Assembly (NCBI GenBank): GCA_031411855.1
Contig: JANOBW010000412.1
Location: forward strand, 1 to 55,297
DNA length: 55,297 bases
Direction: 5' to 3'
Source of the DNA: Opitutia bacterium
Lineage (GTDB): Bacteria; Verrucomicrobiota; Verrucomicrobiia; Opitutales; JANOBW01
Positions 9,701-19,539 of this stretch are shown here, piece by piece. Numbering within the stretch: the first letter of the stretch is position 1; every line of letters begins with the position of its first letter. The position numbers were made by a program, and so were the translations under genes. The notes below the pieces were generated by a model that was given only the letters and a program-made list of their open reading frames with translations, was not told the origin of the DNA and did not search any database.

Positions 9701-11312
9701 TGCCGGCCTGCTTGTGTTCAACGGCGGAAGCTTGTCCAACACCGCGAGTTGCACCCTGGGAAATGACGTGGATTTGCATTCGAATGCCACCGTCAGTGTC
9801 GGCGCGTCGCAAACGCTGACCCTGAATGGTTCCATCGCCGGCAGCGGCTCGCTCACCAAGGGCGACACAGGCACGCTCGTTCTGTCCGGCGAGAACACCT
9901 ACACCGGCGCCACCATCGTCAGCGCTGGCACCCTGGCCATCGGCAACACTTCAGCCCTGCTCCCCACCGCCAGCCTCACGCTGGCCGGCGGGACCCTCCT
10001 GCAACCCAACCTGGATGGAGTGGTCCTCACCGCGCCCATCACGGTGGCCGGCAGCGGCACCACCACCACCATCAGCGCCCCCACCAACGCCCCGGGCGGC
10101 GGGGTCGTCTCCACGCTCACGCTCAAGAGCGTGCTGGCCGGGAGCGGCAACGTCACCTTTTCCAGCAGCCTCAACCAAAACGCCTTGTCCACCGTCTTTC
10201 TCGGCGCGCCCAACACCTACACAGGCAACACCTTGCTGAACACGACCGCCTCCACCGATGGCACGACCACGGCCGGGGAGAATCAGATCATCGTGAAACT
10301 GGGAACGAAAAACGCGCTGCCGACGACCACGGTGCTGACCATTGACGGCGGAAACGGCGGTGGCACCGGCCGGTTTGCCGAGCTCAACTTGAACGGCTTT
10401 GACCAGCAGCTCGCCGGCTTGACCAACATCGTGAGAAGCGGAGCCAAAGCCGCCTTGAGAAAACAGCGTGTCGTCAACAGCAACGTCTCCGCGGCGGCCA
10501 CGCTGACGGTCAGCAACAGCGCCAACCAGACCTTTTCGGGCAACCTGGGGAGCGATGCCGCCAATGGCTCGGTTTCGGCGTCCGCCATGCCGGGGACAAC
10601 GAACGGAAACAACTTCGGCCTGACCAAGGGCGGCGCGGGCACTTTCACCCTCACCGGAGCCAACACCTACACGGGAAACACCACCGTCAACGCCGGCACC
10701 CTTTCCGTCAGCTCCGCTTACCTCGCCGACACCTCCACCGTCTCCATCGCCACCGGAGCGGTCCTCAATGTGAACTTCACCGGCACCGACACCGTCGCCG
10801 CGCTCATCCTCAACGGAGTCCCCCAGCCGGCCGGCGTTTACACCTCGGCCAACTCCGGCGGCCGCCTCACCGGCTCCGGCACACTCACGGTGCCGGTCAG
10901 GTTTGGCACCTTCAACTCCGTCAACTTCACCGCCGTCGAGCTGGCCAACCCCCTCGTCTCCGGCCCCGACGCCGACCCCGATGGCGACGGTGTTTCCAAT
11001 CTCCTCGAATACGCCCTGGGCTCCAACCCCAAGGTTTTCGGCCGGGCCAATCTGCCTGCCTCCCGCACCGTCGTAAACGCCGGCTCGTCCTACCTCGCCT
11101 GCGTTTACACCCGCGTCAAGGGTGCCGGCGACCTCACCTTCTCCGCCGAATTTTCCGCCTCTCCCGATCCCGCGTCCTTCACCGCCAGCGGGGCCACCGT
11201 CATCGGCGTGGTGGACAACGGCAACGGCACCGAAACCGTCACCCTCCGCGACAACACCCCCGCCCCGCCCGGCGGCGCCCGTTTCGTCCGTTTGCGAATC
11301 AACCAGAATTGA
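6705..11312 (+). CDS. Large secreted protein: beta-strand repeats + SbsA/Big_5 Ig-like domain + polysaccharide-lyase-like jelly-roll + beta-strand repeats + DPDGDG/RFVR C-terminal domain
   Basis: Signal peptide (AQA-A). DTTPPTL...ATFDE.V..GSG.I...GAIKDTSGN...WKFT Ig-like at ~8100-8440. HTE / FQLK / AFRWGMY motifs at ~8560-9210. C-terminal domain highly similar to that of the 1817 gene. Confidence 0.85.
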   Translation: MNDSGTTPNGRLRRPGTLASTRVLFRPVVFFVVSALLGLAAPAAQAATRYWDGGIVDIAANGDGNSDGTSGTWNTTLKNWDQGSGLAHVAWVNGGNVADINGASQNITLGANIILGGMVQKSGGTVTINAGSGPYTLTLNNTGANTFLAAANTTTGRTLTVNAVIAGGADKNLVLAGPATSDTGTINLGGANTHNGTTSFSAGATGGAIVYLKNRLALQNSTVTLSSDANLIFDSSVATDAFTFGGLAASGAGTGFNLALRNNDATSSPIALTVGGNNNSTTYKGVLSGGGSLIKTGTGTLVLAGANTHTGTTTVSAGTLQVDGSTASPTTVSSGATLAGDGLVNGAVTVDAGGAITAGASNLTVSSLTFGGTATVKVDTLSGYTGAAALKVNNSLTVSGGAGAVTLNLPTALGFNGAFHLIQCGSGLANASGFTLGTVPTLAWNQTGTLRVNGNYLDYVITAAGDTTPPTLGGTLPANNAAKVLADADLVATFDETVVPGSGSIELRRSSDASLVESFNVASSPRLVFSTAQVIIQPTNVLPTGQSYYLLIPAGAIKDTSGNSYAGLTTNTGWKFTVPVPPVLYTDTGSPANPLWSAILPTLNVDSADNGPVYGSLINVNNAAVETGLYGNRPISVGALRIHVACNTSTSNFADFTRWFQTDGKTHVLRVFVNDENTATTRAGTSSHTEAFTADGWSYTDYMTYEWTAHYTIARLQQGYCCFQLKNTDNDWAVQLSMGTNGSLTVNNRTGTDTVVTNPDGSAKNFDGLGFDVRVLDDGLNYKVWVDGVLYASSSYSRPTGTTAFRWGMYFGANKLNAPADYNLILVSGAQVQSWPGTLAKATTEITKANNMTSLDNGASWVGGVDPGLYQQAVWNSTVTAANTTTLPSYQQWAGLKITNPGGTVTLNGSATLGLDESGVDMTAATQNLTVNCPVQMTAPSIWNVASGRKATFNGIISGYAGLMMSGTGTIQLEAANTYTGDTTLNGGMLVANDNSALGAGLLVFNGGSLSNTASCTLGNDVDLHSNATVSVGASQTLTLNGSIAGSGSLTKGDTGTLVLSGENTYTGATIVSAGTLAIGNTSALLPTASLTLAGGTLLQPNLDGVVLTAPITVAGSGTTTTISAPTNAPGGGVVSTLTLKSVLAGSGNVTFSSSLNQNALSTVFLGAPNTYTGNTLLNTTASTDGTTTAGENQIIVKLGTKNALPTTTVLTIDGGNGGGTGRFAELNLNGFDQQLAGLTNIVRSGAKAALRKQRVVNSNVSAAATLTVSNSANQTFSGNLGSDAANGSVSASAMPGTTNGNNFGLTKGGAGTFTLTGANTYTGNTTVNAGTLSVSSAYLADTSTVSIATGAVLNVNFTGTDTVAALILNGVPQPAGVYTSANSGGRLTGSGTLTVPVRFGTFNSVNFTAVELANPLVSGPDADPDGDGVSNLLEYALGSNPKVFGRANLPASRTVVNAGSSYLACVYTRVKGAGDLTFSAEFSASPDPASFTASGATVIGVVDNGNGTETVTLRDNTPAPPGGARFVRLRINQN

Positions 11313-11378
11313 AAGCCGTGAAGCGGCTGGCAGCTTTGTGACCCCGAACCTCCCCCTTCAACCTTTCAGCTTCACCCC

Positions 11379-12767
11379 ATGAGCATACTCCCCCGCCCGT
11401 TTCTCTTCATCGCCTTTGCGTTCGGAGCACTCACCACCATCGCCTCAGCCGACACCAAGCCCAACGTGCTGTTCATCGTCGTGGACGATTTGCGCGACAC
11501 CCTCGGCTGTTACGGCAACACCGCCGTAAAAACGCCGAACGTTGACCGCCTCGCCGCCCGCGGTGTTCGCTTCGAGCGGGCCTACGTGCAGTATCCTGTC
11601 TGCAACCCCAGCCGCTCGTCCTTTCTCTCCGGCCTGCGGCCCGACCAGACCGGCGTCACGGACAACTCGACCCTGCTGCGCGACCGCCTCCCCGGGGTCG
11701 TCACCCTGCCACAGTTGCTCCGCGCCAACGGCTACCGCAGCGCGGCGTTCGGGAAGCTGTTCCACCAGGGCGGAGGGCGTGACCCGGCCGCCCGGGACCG
11801 CTGGATGGACCGGGCCAAATCCTGGGACGAAGCCCAGGACTTCGAGGCCACACCCGCAGGAAAAATCATCGAGGGCCGCAACCTCACGGACAACAAACTC
11901 AAGTGGTGCGAATGGGGCATGACCGCTGGCACAGACGACGACCAGCCCGACGGTCAAAGCGCGCGAGCGGCCATTTCACTGATGGAGAAATCAGGCGACC
12001 ACCCCTGGTTCATCGGTGTTGGTTTCCACAAACCACATGACCCTTTTGTCGCGCCGAAAAAGTATTTCGACCTCTACCCGCCCGGCTCCCTCACCCTGCA
12101 TCGCGATCCGCCGGGGATGACACCCGCCCCGAAGTGGGCCGTGGGCTTTGGCGACTATGCCACGGCCTTCGGAAAGTTTACCGACACAGAGCGGATGGAG
12201 TTTCTCCGCGCCTACTACGCGGGCGTTTCGTATATGGATGCGCAGGTCGGCCGCCTGCTTGAGGCGCTCGACCGTCTCAATCTCAGGGAGAAGACACTCG
12301 TCGTTTTCCTGAGCGACCATGGCTACCACCTCGGCGAACGCGACTGGTGGAATAAAAACACGCTGTTTGAGCGCAGCGTCCGCTCCCCCCTCATCGTGGC
12401 CCGACCGGGGGAGAAACCCGGCGTCGCGCGCGGCCTGGCGGAGTTTGTGGACGTGTTTCCCACCATCGCCCAGTTCTGCGGCGTGACACCTCCCCCCGGT
12501 CTGGCGGGACAGAGCCTGATCCCACTGCTGGACGACCCTTCACGTCCAGGTAAACCCGCCGCCTTCACGCTCGTCATCCGCGGCCCGAAAAACCGGGGCG
12601 ACAGCATCCGCACCGACCACTGGCGCTACACCGAATGGAGCGACGGCACGCGCGAACTTTACGACCACCGGGACGACCCGGAGGAAACCCGCAACCTCGC
12701 TGGCCTCCCCGCACACGGGGCGGTTCAGGCCAAGTTGCAGCGGCTGCTGGAGGCGCGACCCCGCTGA
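11379..12767 (+). CDS. Sulfatase (S1 family, iduronate-2-sulfatase-like)
   Basis: Signal peptide; KPNVLFIVVDDLR; formylglycine motif CNPSRSSFLSG; GKLFH, KPHDP and SDHGYHLGE motifs. Confidence 0.93.
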   Translation: MSILPRPFLFIAFAFGALTTIASADTKPNVLFIVVDDLRDTLGCYGNTAVKTPNVDRLAARGVRFERAYVQYPVCNPSRSSFLSGLRPDQTGVTDNSTLLRDRLPGVVTLPQLLRANGYRSAAFGKLFHQGGGRDPAARDRWMDRAKSWDEAQDFEATPAGKIIEGRNLTDNKLKWCEWGMTAGTDDDQPDGQSARAAISLMEKSGDHPWFIGVGFHKPHDPFVAPKKYFDLYPPGSLTLHRDPPGMTPAPKWAVGFGDYATAFGKFTDTERMEFLRAYYAGVSYMDAQVGRLLEALDRLNLREKTLVVFLSDHGYHLGERDWWNKNTLFERSVRSPLIVARPGEKPGVARGLAEFVDVFPTIAQFCGVTPPPGLAGQSLIPLLDDPSRPGKPAAFTLVIRGPKNRGDSIRTDHWRYTEWSDGTRELYDHRDDPEETRNLAGLPAHGAVQAKLQRLLEARPR

Positions 12768-12794
12768 TCGGACAGCCACCCCTCATCCCTCATA

Positions 12795-13017
12795 ACACCA
12801 TTCCAATTTAGCTTTTGAACTTTCGCTGGCACCCCTACTGGCACCGCCTCCGGAGTGTGGGAAAATCCTGTTCCGGAGGGACAGTTGAGCCTAGCCCGGG
12901 GTCAGGCGCTTGGTGCCGCCACCCCGGGAATCGTCCCAGCATCACCACCGCCCGGGAGGGGCGGCACAACCGAAGTATCCGGAAGTTTAAAGTTAAAAAG
13001 CTAAGCCGGAATGGTAT
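12795..13017. mobile_element. MITE-like repeat, copy 1 (223 bp)
   Basis: Terminal inverted repeats ACACCATTCC...GGAATGGTAT plus subterminal TAGCTTTTGAACTTT/AAAGTTAAAAAGCTA. Collinear (~85% by eye) with the reverse complement of 39628-39850. Confidence 0.8.
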
Positions 13018-13070
13018 AACTGATCCCTGATTCCGGATTCCGCAGCTTCCCCGCCCCCCCCCATCCAAGC

Positions 13071-15863
13071 ATGTTCATCCTCACATCCAAGCTCATGATT
13101 CTGTGCGTGCTTCTGCATGCCTGTGCCATGCTTCGGGCCTACGATATCCCCGGCTACACCCCGGACCAGGTCATCCCGTTCAAGCAGACGGTGAACAGCA
13201 CCGGCGGCGCGGTGACCTTGAACCTGCATGTGTTCACTCCTCCCGGTCACCAGGCGTCGCATCAGCGTCCGGCCATCGTCTTCTTTTTCGGCGGCGGCTG
13301 GGTGGATGGTTCGGCCAGTCAATTTCACCCGCAATGCGAATATTTCGCCTCGCGCGGCATGGTCGCGATCTCGGCGGAATACCGGGTGAAAAACCTTCAT
13401 GGCACCACCCCTCAGGAATGTGTGAGGGACGCAAAGTCCGCCATCCGCTACGTCCGTCAAAACGCCGCCGCGCTGGGGATTGATCCCAACCGGATCGCCG
13501 CTGGCGGCGGCTCGGCCGGTGCCCATCTCGCCGCCGCCGCAGGCACGCTTGCCAGTTATGAGGAGCCTGGTGAAAACCTCGCCATCAGTTCCAAACCCAA
13601 TGCCCTGGTTCTCTACAACCCGGTGGCGGACAACGGTCCCGGCGGATATGGCTACAGCACGGTGCAGGCCTATTGGCAGGATTTTTCGCCGCTCCACAAC
13701 CTCACCGCCGCCGCGCCGCCGACGGCGTTTTTTCTCGGCACCGCCGATGAACTGGTTCCCGTCTCCGTCGGGCAAAACTACCAGGCCGCGATGCAGGCTC
13801 TGGGGCGTCGTTGCGATCTCCACCTTTACGAAGGCCAGCCGCACAGTTTCTTCAATTTTGATGTTCCTGATGACACAAGCGGCCCGTTCTACGGCTATCA
13901 GGACACGGTTTTCCAAACCGACGAATTCCTCGTCTCGCTCGGCTATCTGCCCGACCCGCGCAACGCTCCCGTCCCGGTCACCGGCTGGGTGCCGATTTTC
14001 GGCAACGCCGGTTTTTCCAACGGCAGCGCGGCGGGTGCCTCCCCCGTCACGTCCGATGCCAGCGGGGACGCCATCGCCGCCAACTTTGCCCCCGTCACCT
14101 TGGCGGACGGACGGTTCATCCGGCTCACCGGCACGGTGACTTTCAACGGCCCGCTCGTCGGCAACGCCTTCCGCGTCGGTTTGTTCGATGGCAACAATCC
14201 CGTGACCGCAGGCAATGGCGGTGGCTACGTCGGCATCTGGGCCAGTGCCCCGGCTGCCGCCGCCACCAGCATCGTGGCGGGTGACGGGACTGGCGGCAGC
14301 CATCCCTTCGAGGCCGCCGGTTCCACCACCCTCGGCCCCCTTCCGGCGGCCAACGCGGAAGTGCCGGCCAACACTCCGATCCGGTTCACGCTGATGATTG
14401 CCCGCAGCGGCGACAACCTGGAGGTCACCACCCGGTTCACCGACAACGCCTCCTACCTTCCCTCGCAAAATCTGCTCAATCTGGCGGTGGCCAACCACAC
14501 CTTCGACCGGGTCGCCTTTCTCATGGGCGAAACCCTCAATGCCACCCAGGCCGTTTTTTCCAACATCCAGATCACCACGGGCCCGGCTCTGCCCTCCGCC
14601 ATCATCAACGGCGTCGGCGGTTCCCCCGGCAAGATCACCTATCTTGATGCGGTCGAAGGAGCCTCCGGCAACACCTTCAAAACCGGCGGCACTCCGGCCG
14701 ACACCTCATGGGTGGGACCCGATAGTTCGAGTGCGAACAATACCCAGTGGAACAGGCGCGTCGCCTCGGTGGAGGGAAACGGCGGGACTGTTTTCCAGGG
14801 CTCCATCACCTCCAACGCTTTACCGGAGTTGAACACGCGCATCACCGGCCTGGCGGATGGCACCTACGCCATCTGGGCCTTCTATTGGGACCAGGTGGTG
14901 GACGACGCGCAAAACTGGGTCATCTCGGCCGGGCTGACCTCCGGTTCGCTGACGAGATACAGCTCTTCCGGCGAGCCCGCAGTCACGGGCGCGACCGCCG
15001 TGGGAGTTAGCAACGCGGCCAGCCTGGAGTTCAGCAACAGCGTCAGCGTCCAGGCCGGGCTGAGCGGCGCCGTTTACCTCCGCAACCTGTTTGGCATCAA
15101 TCTTGGGCAGGTCACGGTTTCGGGTGGTTCCGCCGTCAACGTTTACCTTGATAATTCCCTCTCCAGTTCCAACAACCGGGCCTGGTATGACGGCGTCGGC
15201 TACCAACCCATGAACGTGGACACGACGACTTACACCTCCCTGCTGGGGGTGGATTTCAACCGCGGTGACGCGCTCGGTTCCCCCAGCCAGTCCGGTTTCC
15301 GCATCATTTCCGGTTCCGCCGCAAATCAGGCGTCGAATGCTCCGGGTTACACCAAGACCATTGGCACCCGCCAAGTGACGGTTTCCCAGCCCGACGGAGC
15401 CAACTTTGAATTTCGCGGGGCCAATACCGACTCCACCCGCGCCATCCCCGGAGGCGATATCTCCCTGTCCTACCTGGTTTCCGACTTCATCGCCACGCGC
15501 AAGGGTGCCATTGACATCCGGATCACCGGACTGGCGCCAGGGGACTACCGCTTTCACTCCTGGCATCTAGACACCTTCACCGGCAGCGGGCTCGGCTTCG
15601 CCCAAGGGGCAGCCGCCACGACGCCCAATCTCATCGAAGCCCAGATCGGCGGGCTGACCCGGGATGCCGTCCAGCCGACAGCACTCGGCCCTGCCGGACT
15701 CAACACGACCTTCCTTAACAACTCCCAGATCCCGGAACTTGATTTTCGTTTCACCCATGACGGCAGCTCGCCCCTGGTCATCAGGCTGCGCTCCCATCAA
15801 CCCAACGGCAGCGACAACTTCCTGCTGCTTAACGGCTTTCAACTCCTTAAGGCCAACCCATGA
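13071..15863 (+). CDS. Secreted alpha/beta hydrolase (carbohydrate esterase-like) fused to three beta-rich extracellular domains
   Basis: FFFGGGW oxyanion motif, GGGSAG nucleophile elbow, GTADELV (Asp) and GQPHSF (His); ~620 aa of G/S/T/N-rich domains follow. Stop overlaps the next ATG (ATGA). Confidence 0.85.
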   Translation: MFILTSKLMILCVLLHACAMLRAYDIPGYTPDQVIPFKQTVNSTGGAVTLNLHVFTPPGHQASHQRPAIVFFFGGGWVDGSASQFHPQCEYFASRGMVAISAEYRVKNLHGTTPQECVRDAKSAIRYVRQNAAALGIDPNRIAAGGGSAGAHLAAAAGTLASYEEPGENLAISSKPNALVLYNPVADNGPGGYGYSTVQAYWQDFSPLHNLTAAAPPTAFFLGTADELVPVSVGQNYQAAMQALGRRCDLHLYEGQPHSFFNFDVPDDTSGPFYGYQDTVFQTDEFLVSLGYLPDPRNAPVPVTGWVPIFGNAGFSNGSAAGASPVTSDASGDAIAANFAPVTLADGRFIRLTGTVTFNGPLVGNAFRVGLFDGNNPVTAGNGGGYVGIWASAPAAAATSIVAGDGTGGSHPFEAAGSTTLGPLPAANAEVPANTPIRFTLMIARSGDNLEVTTRFTDNASYLPSQNLLNLAVANHTFDRVAFLMGETLNATQAVFSNIQITTGPALPSAIINGVGGSPGKITYLDAVEGASGNTFKTGGTPADTSWVGPDSSSANNTQWNRRVASVEGNGGTVFQGSITSNALPELNTRITGLADGTYAIWAFYWDQVVDDAQNWVISAGLTSGSLTRYSSSGEPAVTGATAVGVSNAASLEFSNSVSVQAGLSGAVYLRNLFGINLGQVTVSGGSAVNVYLDNSLSSSNNRAWYDGVGYQPMNVDTTTYTSLLGVDFNRGDALGSPSQSGFRIISGSAANQASNAPGYTKTIGTRQVTVSQPDGANFEFRGANTDSTRAIPGGDISLSYLVSDFIATRKGAIDIRITGLAPGDYRFHSWHLDTFTGSGLGFAQGAAATTPNLIEAQIGGLTRDAVQPTALGPAGLNTTFLNNSQIPELDFRFTHDGSSPLVIRLRSHQPNGSDNFLLLNGFQLLKANP

Positions 15864-17683
15864 AGTTCTGCGTCCTGATTTCCCTGCTCGGCGCCGCAGT
15901 CGCTGCCGCCGCACCTCCCAATGTCCTGTTCATCGCCGTGGATGACCTGCGGCCGGAACTCGGCTGTTACGGTGCCACCCACATGCGCACGCCCAACATT
16001 GATAGGCTGGCCTCGCAGGGGCGGATGTTCACCAACCACTATGTCTCCGTCCCCACCTGCGGGGCTTCGCGCTACGCCCTGATGACCGGCCTGCGCCCGA
16101 CCGCCCTCAGCGACGACAACAACGCCTTCCTGCAAATGCCCACCGTCCTGCCGGACCAACCGGAAAGCTGGGTGGACCTGCTTCGCCGCAACGGCTGGCA
16201 CACCGTTTCGCTGGGCAAGGTCACCCACGAGCCCGACGGCTACCAGTGGAACTATCCGGTCGTTTACGACATCGGCCGCAGCTCCGCCATTTTTCCGGAT
16301 ATGCGCTTCTCCTGGAACGAGTTGCTCTATGACCACAACAAGTGGGGCGCGCAGCGTTACCCGTTGTTCGCCTATGCCGACGGTTCCAGCCGCACCGACA
16401 ACTCCCCCGCCTACGAGATTGGCGTGGACGCGCTCGGCAAGTCGTTGCCCGACGACGCTTATCCGGATGGTCAGACCGCCCAGGCCGCCATTGAAAAACT
16501 GCGGGAGTTTAAGGAGGACAATCGCCGCTTCTGCCTCGCCGTCGGATTCGCCAAACCACACCTCCCGTTTAACGCCCCCAAGGCCTACTACGACCTCTAC
16601 GATCCGGCCACCCTGCCGCCGCCTTATCCCGCGTCCAAGCCATCCGGTGCCACCGCCGCCACCACGGTCCAGTCAGGCGAACCCGGCGTCTATTCGGCCA
16701 TTGGTGACCGCGCCGTCCTGCGCCGGGCCTACTTCGCCTGCGTCTCTTATACCGATGCCCAGGTCGGCAAGGTGCTCGCCGAACTTGATACCCTCGGACT
16801 GGCCGACAACACCATCGTCGTTCTGTGGGGCGACCACGGCTGGTGCCTCGACGACTACACCTTGCTCGGCAAGCATGTCGTCCTAGAACGCGGCCTCCAC
16901 TCCCCCCTCATCATCCGCCCGCCCGCCAGCTTGCGGCCGGAGATTTATGCCGGCGTCCCTGCCAAAGGCATCGTGGAAACCATCGACCTTTACCCGACCG
17001 TGGCCGAACTCTGCGGCCTGGCCACTCCCCCCGGTCCAGTCGGAAACTCGCTGGTGCCGCTGTTGCGCAACCCTTTCGCTCCCGGCAAAAACCAGGCCTA
17101 CTCGCGCTACCAAAACTTGACCACCGTCCGCACTCCCAGCTGGCGGCTGATCAACAACGGCAGTGGCGTCAACGACCTCTACGATCTCTCCGCCGTTAGC
17201 TACGAGCTTACGAATGTGGCGGCCGCCAATCCGGCGGTCGTCAGCGACCTCGCCGCCAGGCTTGCGGTTCCAGGGAGCAGACCGGGTGTCACCTACCTGG
17301 CTTGGTCCGCCGGTAAACCGTCCCTCGCCGATCCCGCCGCTGATGCTGACCACGACGGCTACGCCAACAGGCTCGAATATGCCGCCGGCACCGACCCTCT
17401 CGTGGCCGGTTCCCACCCGGCCTCCACTCTGGATTCCGGCGTGGACCTTTCCAGCTTCGGGTTTTCGAGCAACGAGTTCGTCTTCAGTTTCATCACCGCC
17501 ACCTTGCCCAATGATGTCACTGTGAATCCTGCGACTTCCCTCAATCTGCAGAATTGGTCCTTCGGCTCTTTGCAGTTTCTGGACGCTGTGGACCTTGGAA
17601 ACTCCACGACCCGGATGCGCTTTCGCCTGACCACTCCGAATGATCCGAAGCGTTTTTTCCGCCTCGGGCTCTCCGAAGAATAA
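15860..17683 (+). CDS. Sulfatase (S1 family) with C-terminal DxDxDG/EYA...RFFR domain
   Basis: PNVLFIAVDDLRP; CGASR formylglycine motif; KPHLPF; GDHGW; tail ADADHDGYANRLEYAAGTDP...KRFFRLGLSEE. Confidence 0.92.
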   Translation: MKFCVLISLLGAAVAAAAPPNVLFIAVDDLRPELGCYGATHMRTPNIDRLASQGRMFTNHYVSVPTCGASRYALMTGLRPTALSDDNNAFLQMPTVLPDQPESWVDLLRRNGWHTVSLGKVTHEPDGYQWNYPVVYDIGRSSAIFPDMRFSWNELLYDHNKWGAQRYPLFAYADGSSRTDNSPAYEIGVDALGKSLPDDAYPDGQTAQAAIEKLREFKEDNRRFCLAVGFAKPHLPFNAPKAYYDLYDPATLPPPYPASKPSGATAATTVQSGEPGVYSAIGDRAVLRRAYFACVSYTDAQVGKVLAELDTLGLADNTIVVLWGDHGWCLDDYTLLGKHVVLERGLHSPLIIRPPASLRPEIYAGVPAKGIVETIDLYPTVAELCGLATPPGPVGNSLVPLLRNPFAPGKNQAYSRYQNLTTVRTPSWRLINNGSGVNDLYDLSAVSYELTNVAAANPAVVSDLAARLAVPGSRPGVTYLAWSAGKPSLADPAADADHDGYANRLEYAAGTDPLVAGSHPASTLDSGVDLSSFGFSSNEFVFSFITATLPNDVTVNPATSLNLQNWSFGSLQFLDAVDLGNSTTRMRFRLTTPNDPKRFFRLGLSEE

Positions 17684-17902
17684 TCAAACCCGATGAAAAC
17701 CCGCAGCCGGTGCTTCACCGTCCCAGACCTTTCCGCCGTTCACACGGGAACGGAGAGCGAACCCGGGTGCTTTTGCCATGTCGAAGCAACGAAAGCCGCT
17801 TCCATGGTTTGGGTAATCCTTCCGAGCCGCCCCGCCAGGCCGGATCAACCCGGAAGTGACCGCCGGTTCCGGCCCTTTATCCTTTCGACTACGTAACATT
17901 CC

Positions 17903-19402
17903 ATGAGACACCACCCCGCCCGCCACCTTGCCGCCCTGCTTTTGTTCGTGACGCCCTTTTGCACCCGGGCCGCCGCCCGGCCCAACATCGTCCTCATGGT
18001 CGGGGACGACCTCGGCTACGGCGACCTCTCGTCCTACGGCGCCACCCGCGTCGCCACTCCGCGCATAGACTCCCTCGCCCGCGACGGCGCGCGCTTCACC
18101 GACGCCCACTCCTACAGCGGCATCTGCATGCCCTCCCGCTACTCGCTCCTGAGCGGCCGCTACGCCTTTCGCCTGCGGCGGCCCATGGACTACGCCTTCA
18201 ATTTCGACCCCGGCCAAATCCTTCTTCCCCAGGCGCTTAAGAACTCGGGCTACCGCACCGCCATGCTTGGCAAATGGCACAACGGCTTCGGCACGGAACG
18301 CGTCGTCAACTGGAACGCCGAACTCAAACCCGGCCCCCTCGAATGCGGCTTCGACTCCTTCTTCGGCCTCCCCCGCACCCACTCCGAGCCGCCCCTCGTC
18401 TTTGTCCGCGACCACGCCATCGTCGGCTTCGACAAGGACGACCCCATCAGTGTGGACAACTCCCCCGGCACCGGCGCCCACGGCAAACAGGTCGGCGGCA
18501 CGAAGGCCCTGGAACTGCGTCCCGACGAACGAATTGATCTCATCCTGGCGGAGGAGGCCGAAAAGTTTTTCACCCAGCAAAAGCCCGGCCAACCCTTCTT
18601 TCTCTACCTCGCCTGGTCGGCCCCGCACAACCCCATCACCCCCTCGGCCGATTTCAAGGGCTCCAGCAAGGCCGGTCCCTACGGCGACTTCGTCCAGCAG
18701 CTCGATCACAGCGTGGGCCGCGTCCTCGACGCCCTCGACAAACTCGGCCTCGCCGCCAACACCCTGGTCGTTTTCACCAGCGACAACGGCGGCCGCTACG
18801 AGAACGCCTCTTTCCGCGCCGGCCACCGCGTCAACGGCCCGCTCCTCGGTCAGAAGACCGACGCCTGGGAGGGCGGCCACCGCGTGCCTTTCCTCGTCCG
18901 CTGGCCGGGCCACGTTCCCGTTGCTTCGGAACGGAAGGAGTTTTTCCACCAGGTGGACCTCATGGCCACCCTCGCCACCGCCTCGGGCTCACCGCTGCCC
19001 GAAGGAGCCTCCCCCGACGGCAAATCCGAACTGCCCGCCTTCCTCGACCCCGCCAAGGCCCCGCCCGGCCGCACCGAGGGCATCCTACACGGCACCACCA
19101 GCCTAGCTCTGCGCCAAGGCAGCTGGGTCTATCTTCCTGAACAGGGCTCCGGCGGCAAAACCGTCCCCGAGCCGGCAAAACCCTGGGCGCTCCCCTACCG
19201 CGTCCTCAAGCTCCTCAACAGCGACGTGGACGAACAGGGCCAGATCAAACCCGGCGCACCCACCGAGCAGCTCTACGACCTCGCCGCCGACCCCGCCCAA
19301 AAGCAAAACCTCGCCGCCACCCAGCCCGAACGCCTCAAGGCCATGCGTGAACGCTTCCGGGAACTCGCCCCCGCCGGCCGCCCCAAAGCCTCCGGTGAAT
19401 AA
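17903..19402 (+). CDS. Arylsulfatase (S1 family)
   Basis: RPNIVLMVGDDLGYGD; CMPSRYSLLSGRY; GKWH; TSDNGG; EGGHRVP; QLYDLAADP. Confidence 0.93.
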   Translation: MRHHPARHLAALLLFVTPFCTRAAARPNIVLMVGDDLGYGDLSSYGATRVATPRIDSLARDGARFTDAHSYSGICMPSRYSLLSGRYAFRLRRPMDYAFNFDPGQILLPQALKNSGYRTAMLGKWHNGFGTERVVNWNAELKPGPLECGFDSFFGLPRTHSEPPLVFVRDHAIVGFDKDDPISVDNSPGTGAHGKQVGGTKALELRPDERIDLILAEEAEKFFTQQKPGQPFFLYLAWSAPHNPITPSADFKGSSKAGPYGDFVQQLDHSVGRVLDALDKLGLAANTLVVFTSDNGGRYENASFRAGHRVNGPLLGQKTDAWEGGHRVPFLVRWPGHVPVASERKEFFHQVDLMATLATASGSPLPEGASPDGKSELPAFLDPAKAPPGRTEGILHGTTSLALRQGSWVYLPEQGSGGKTVPEPAKPWALPYRVLKLLNSDVDEQGQIKPGAPTEQLYDLAADPAQKQNLAATQPERLKAMRERFRELAPAGRPKASGE

Positions 19403-19539
19403 GCACTGGCCCGGAAGCTTTCGCATCCACATTGGGAACGCGGGACTCCCCACCAGCCCGTCTGCTACCTGCCTTGGTCCTTGGGAATTGGTCATTCCTG
19501 GCTTCGCCCGCCAGCCCCAGCCGGCGGAAACGCCCACGT

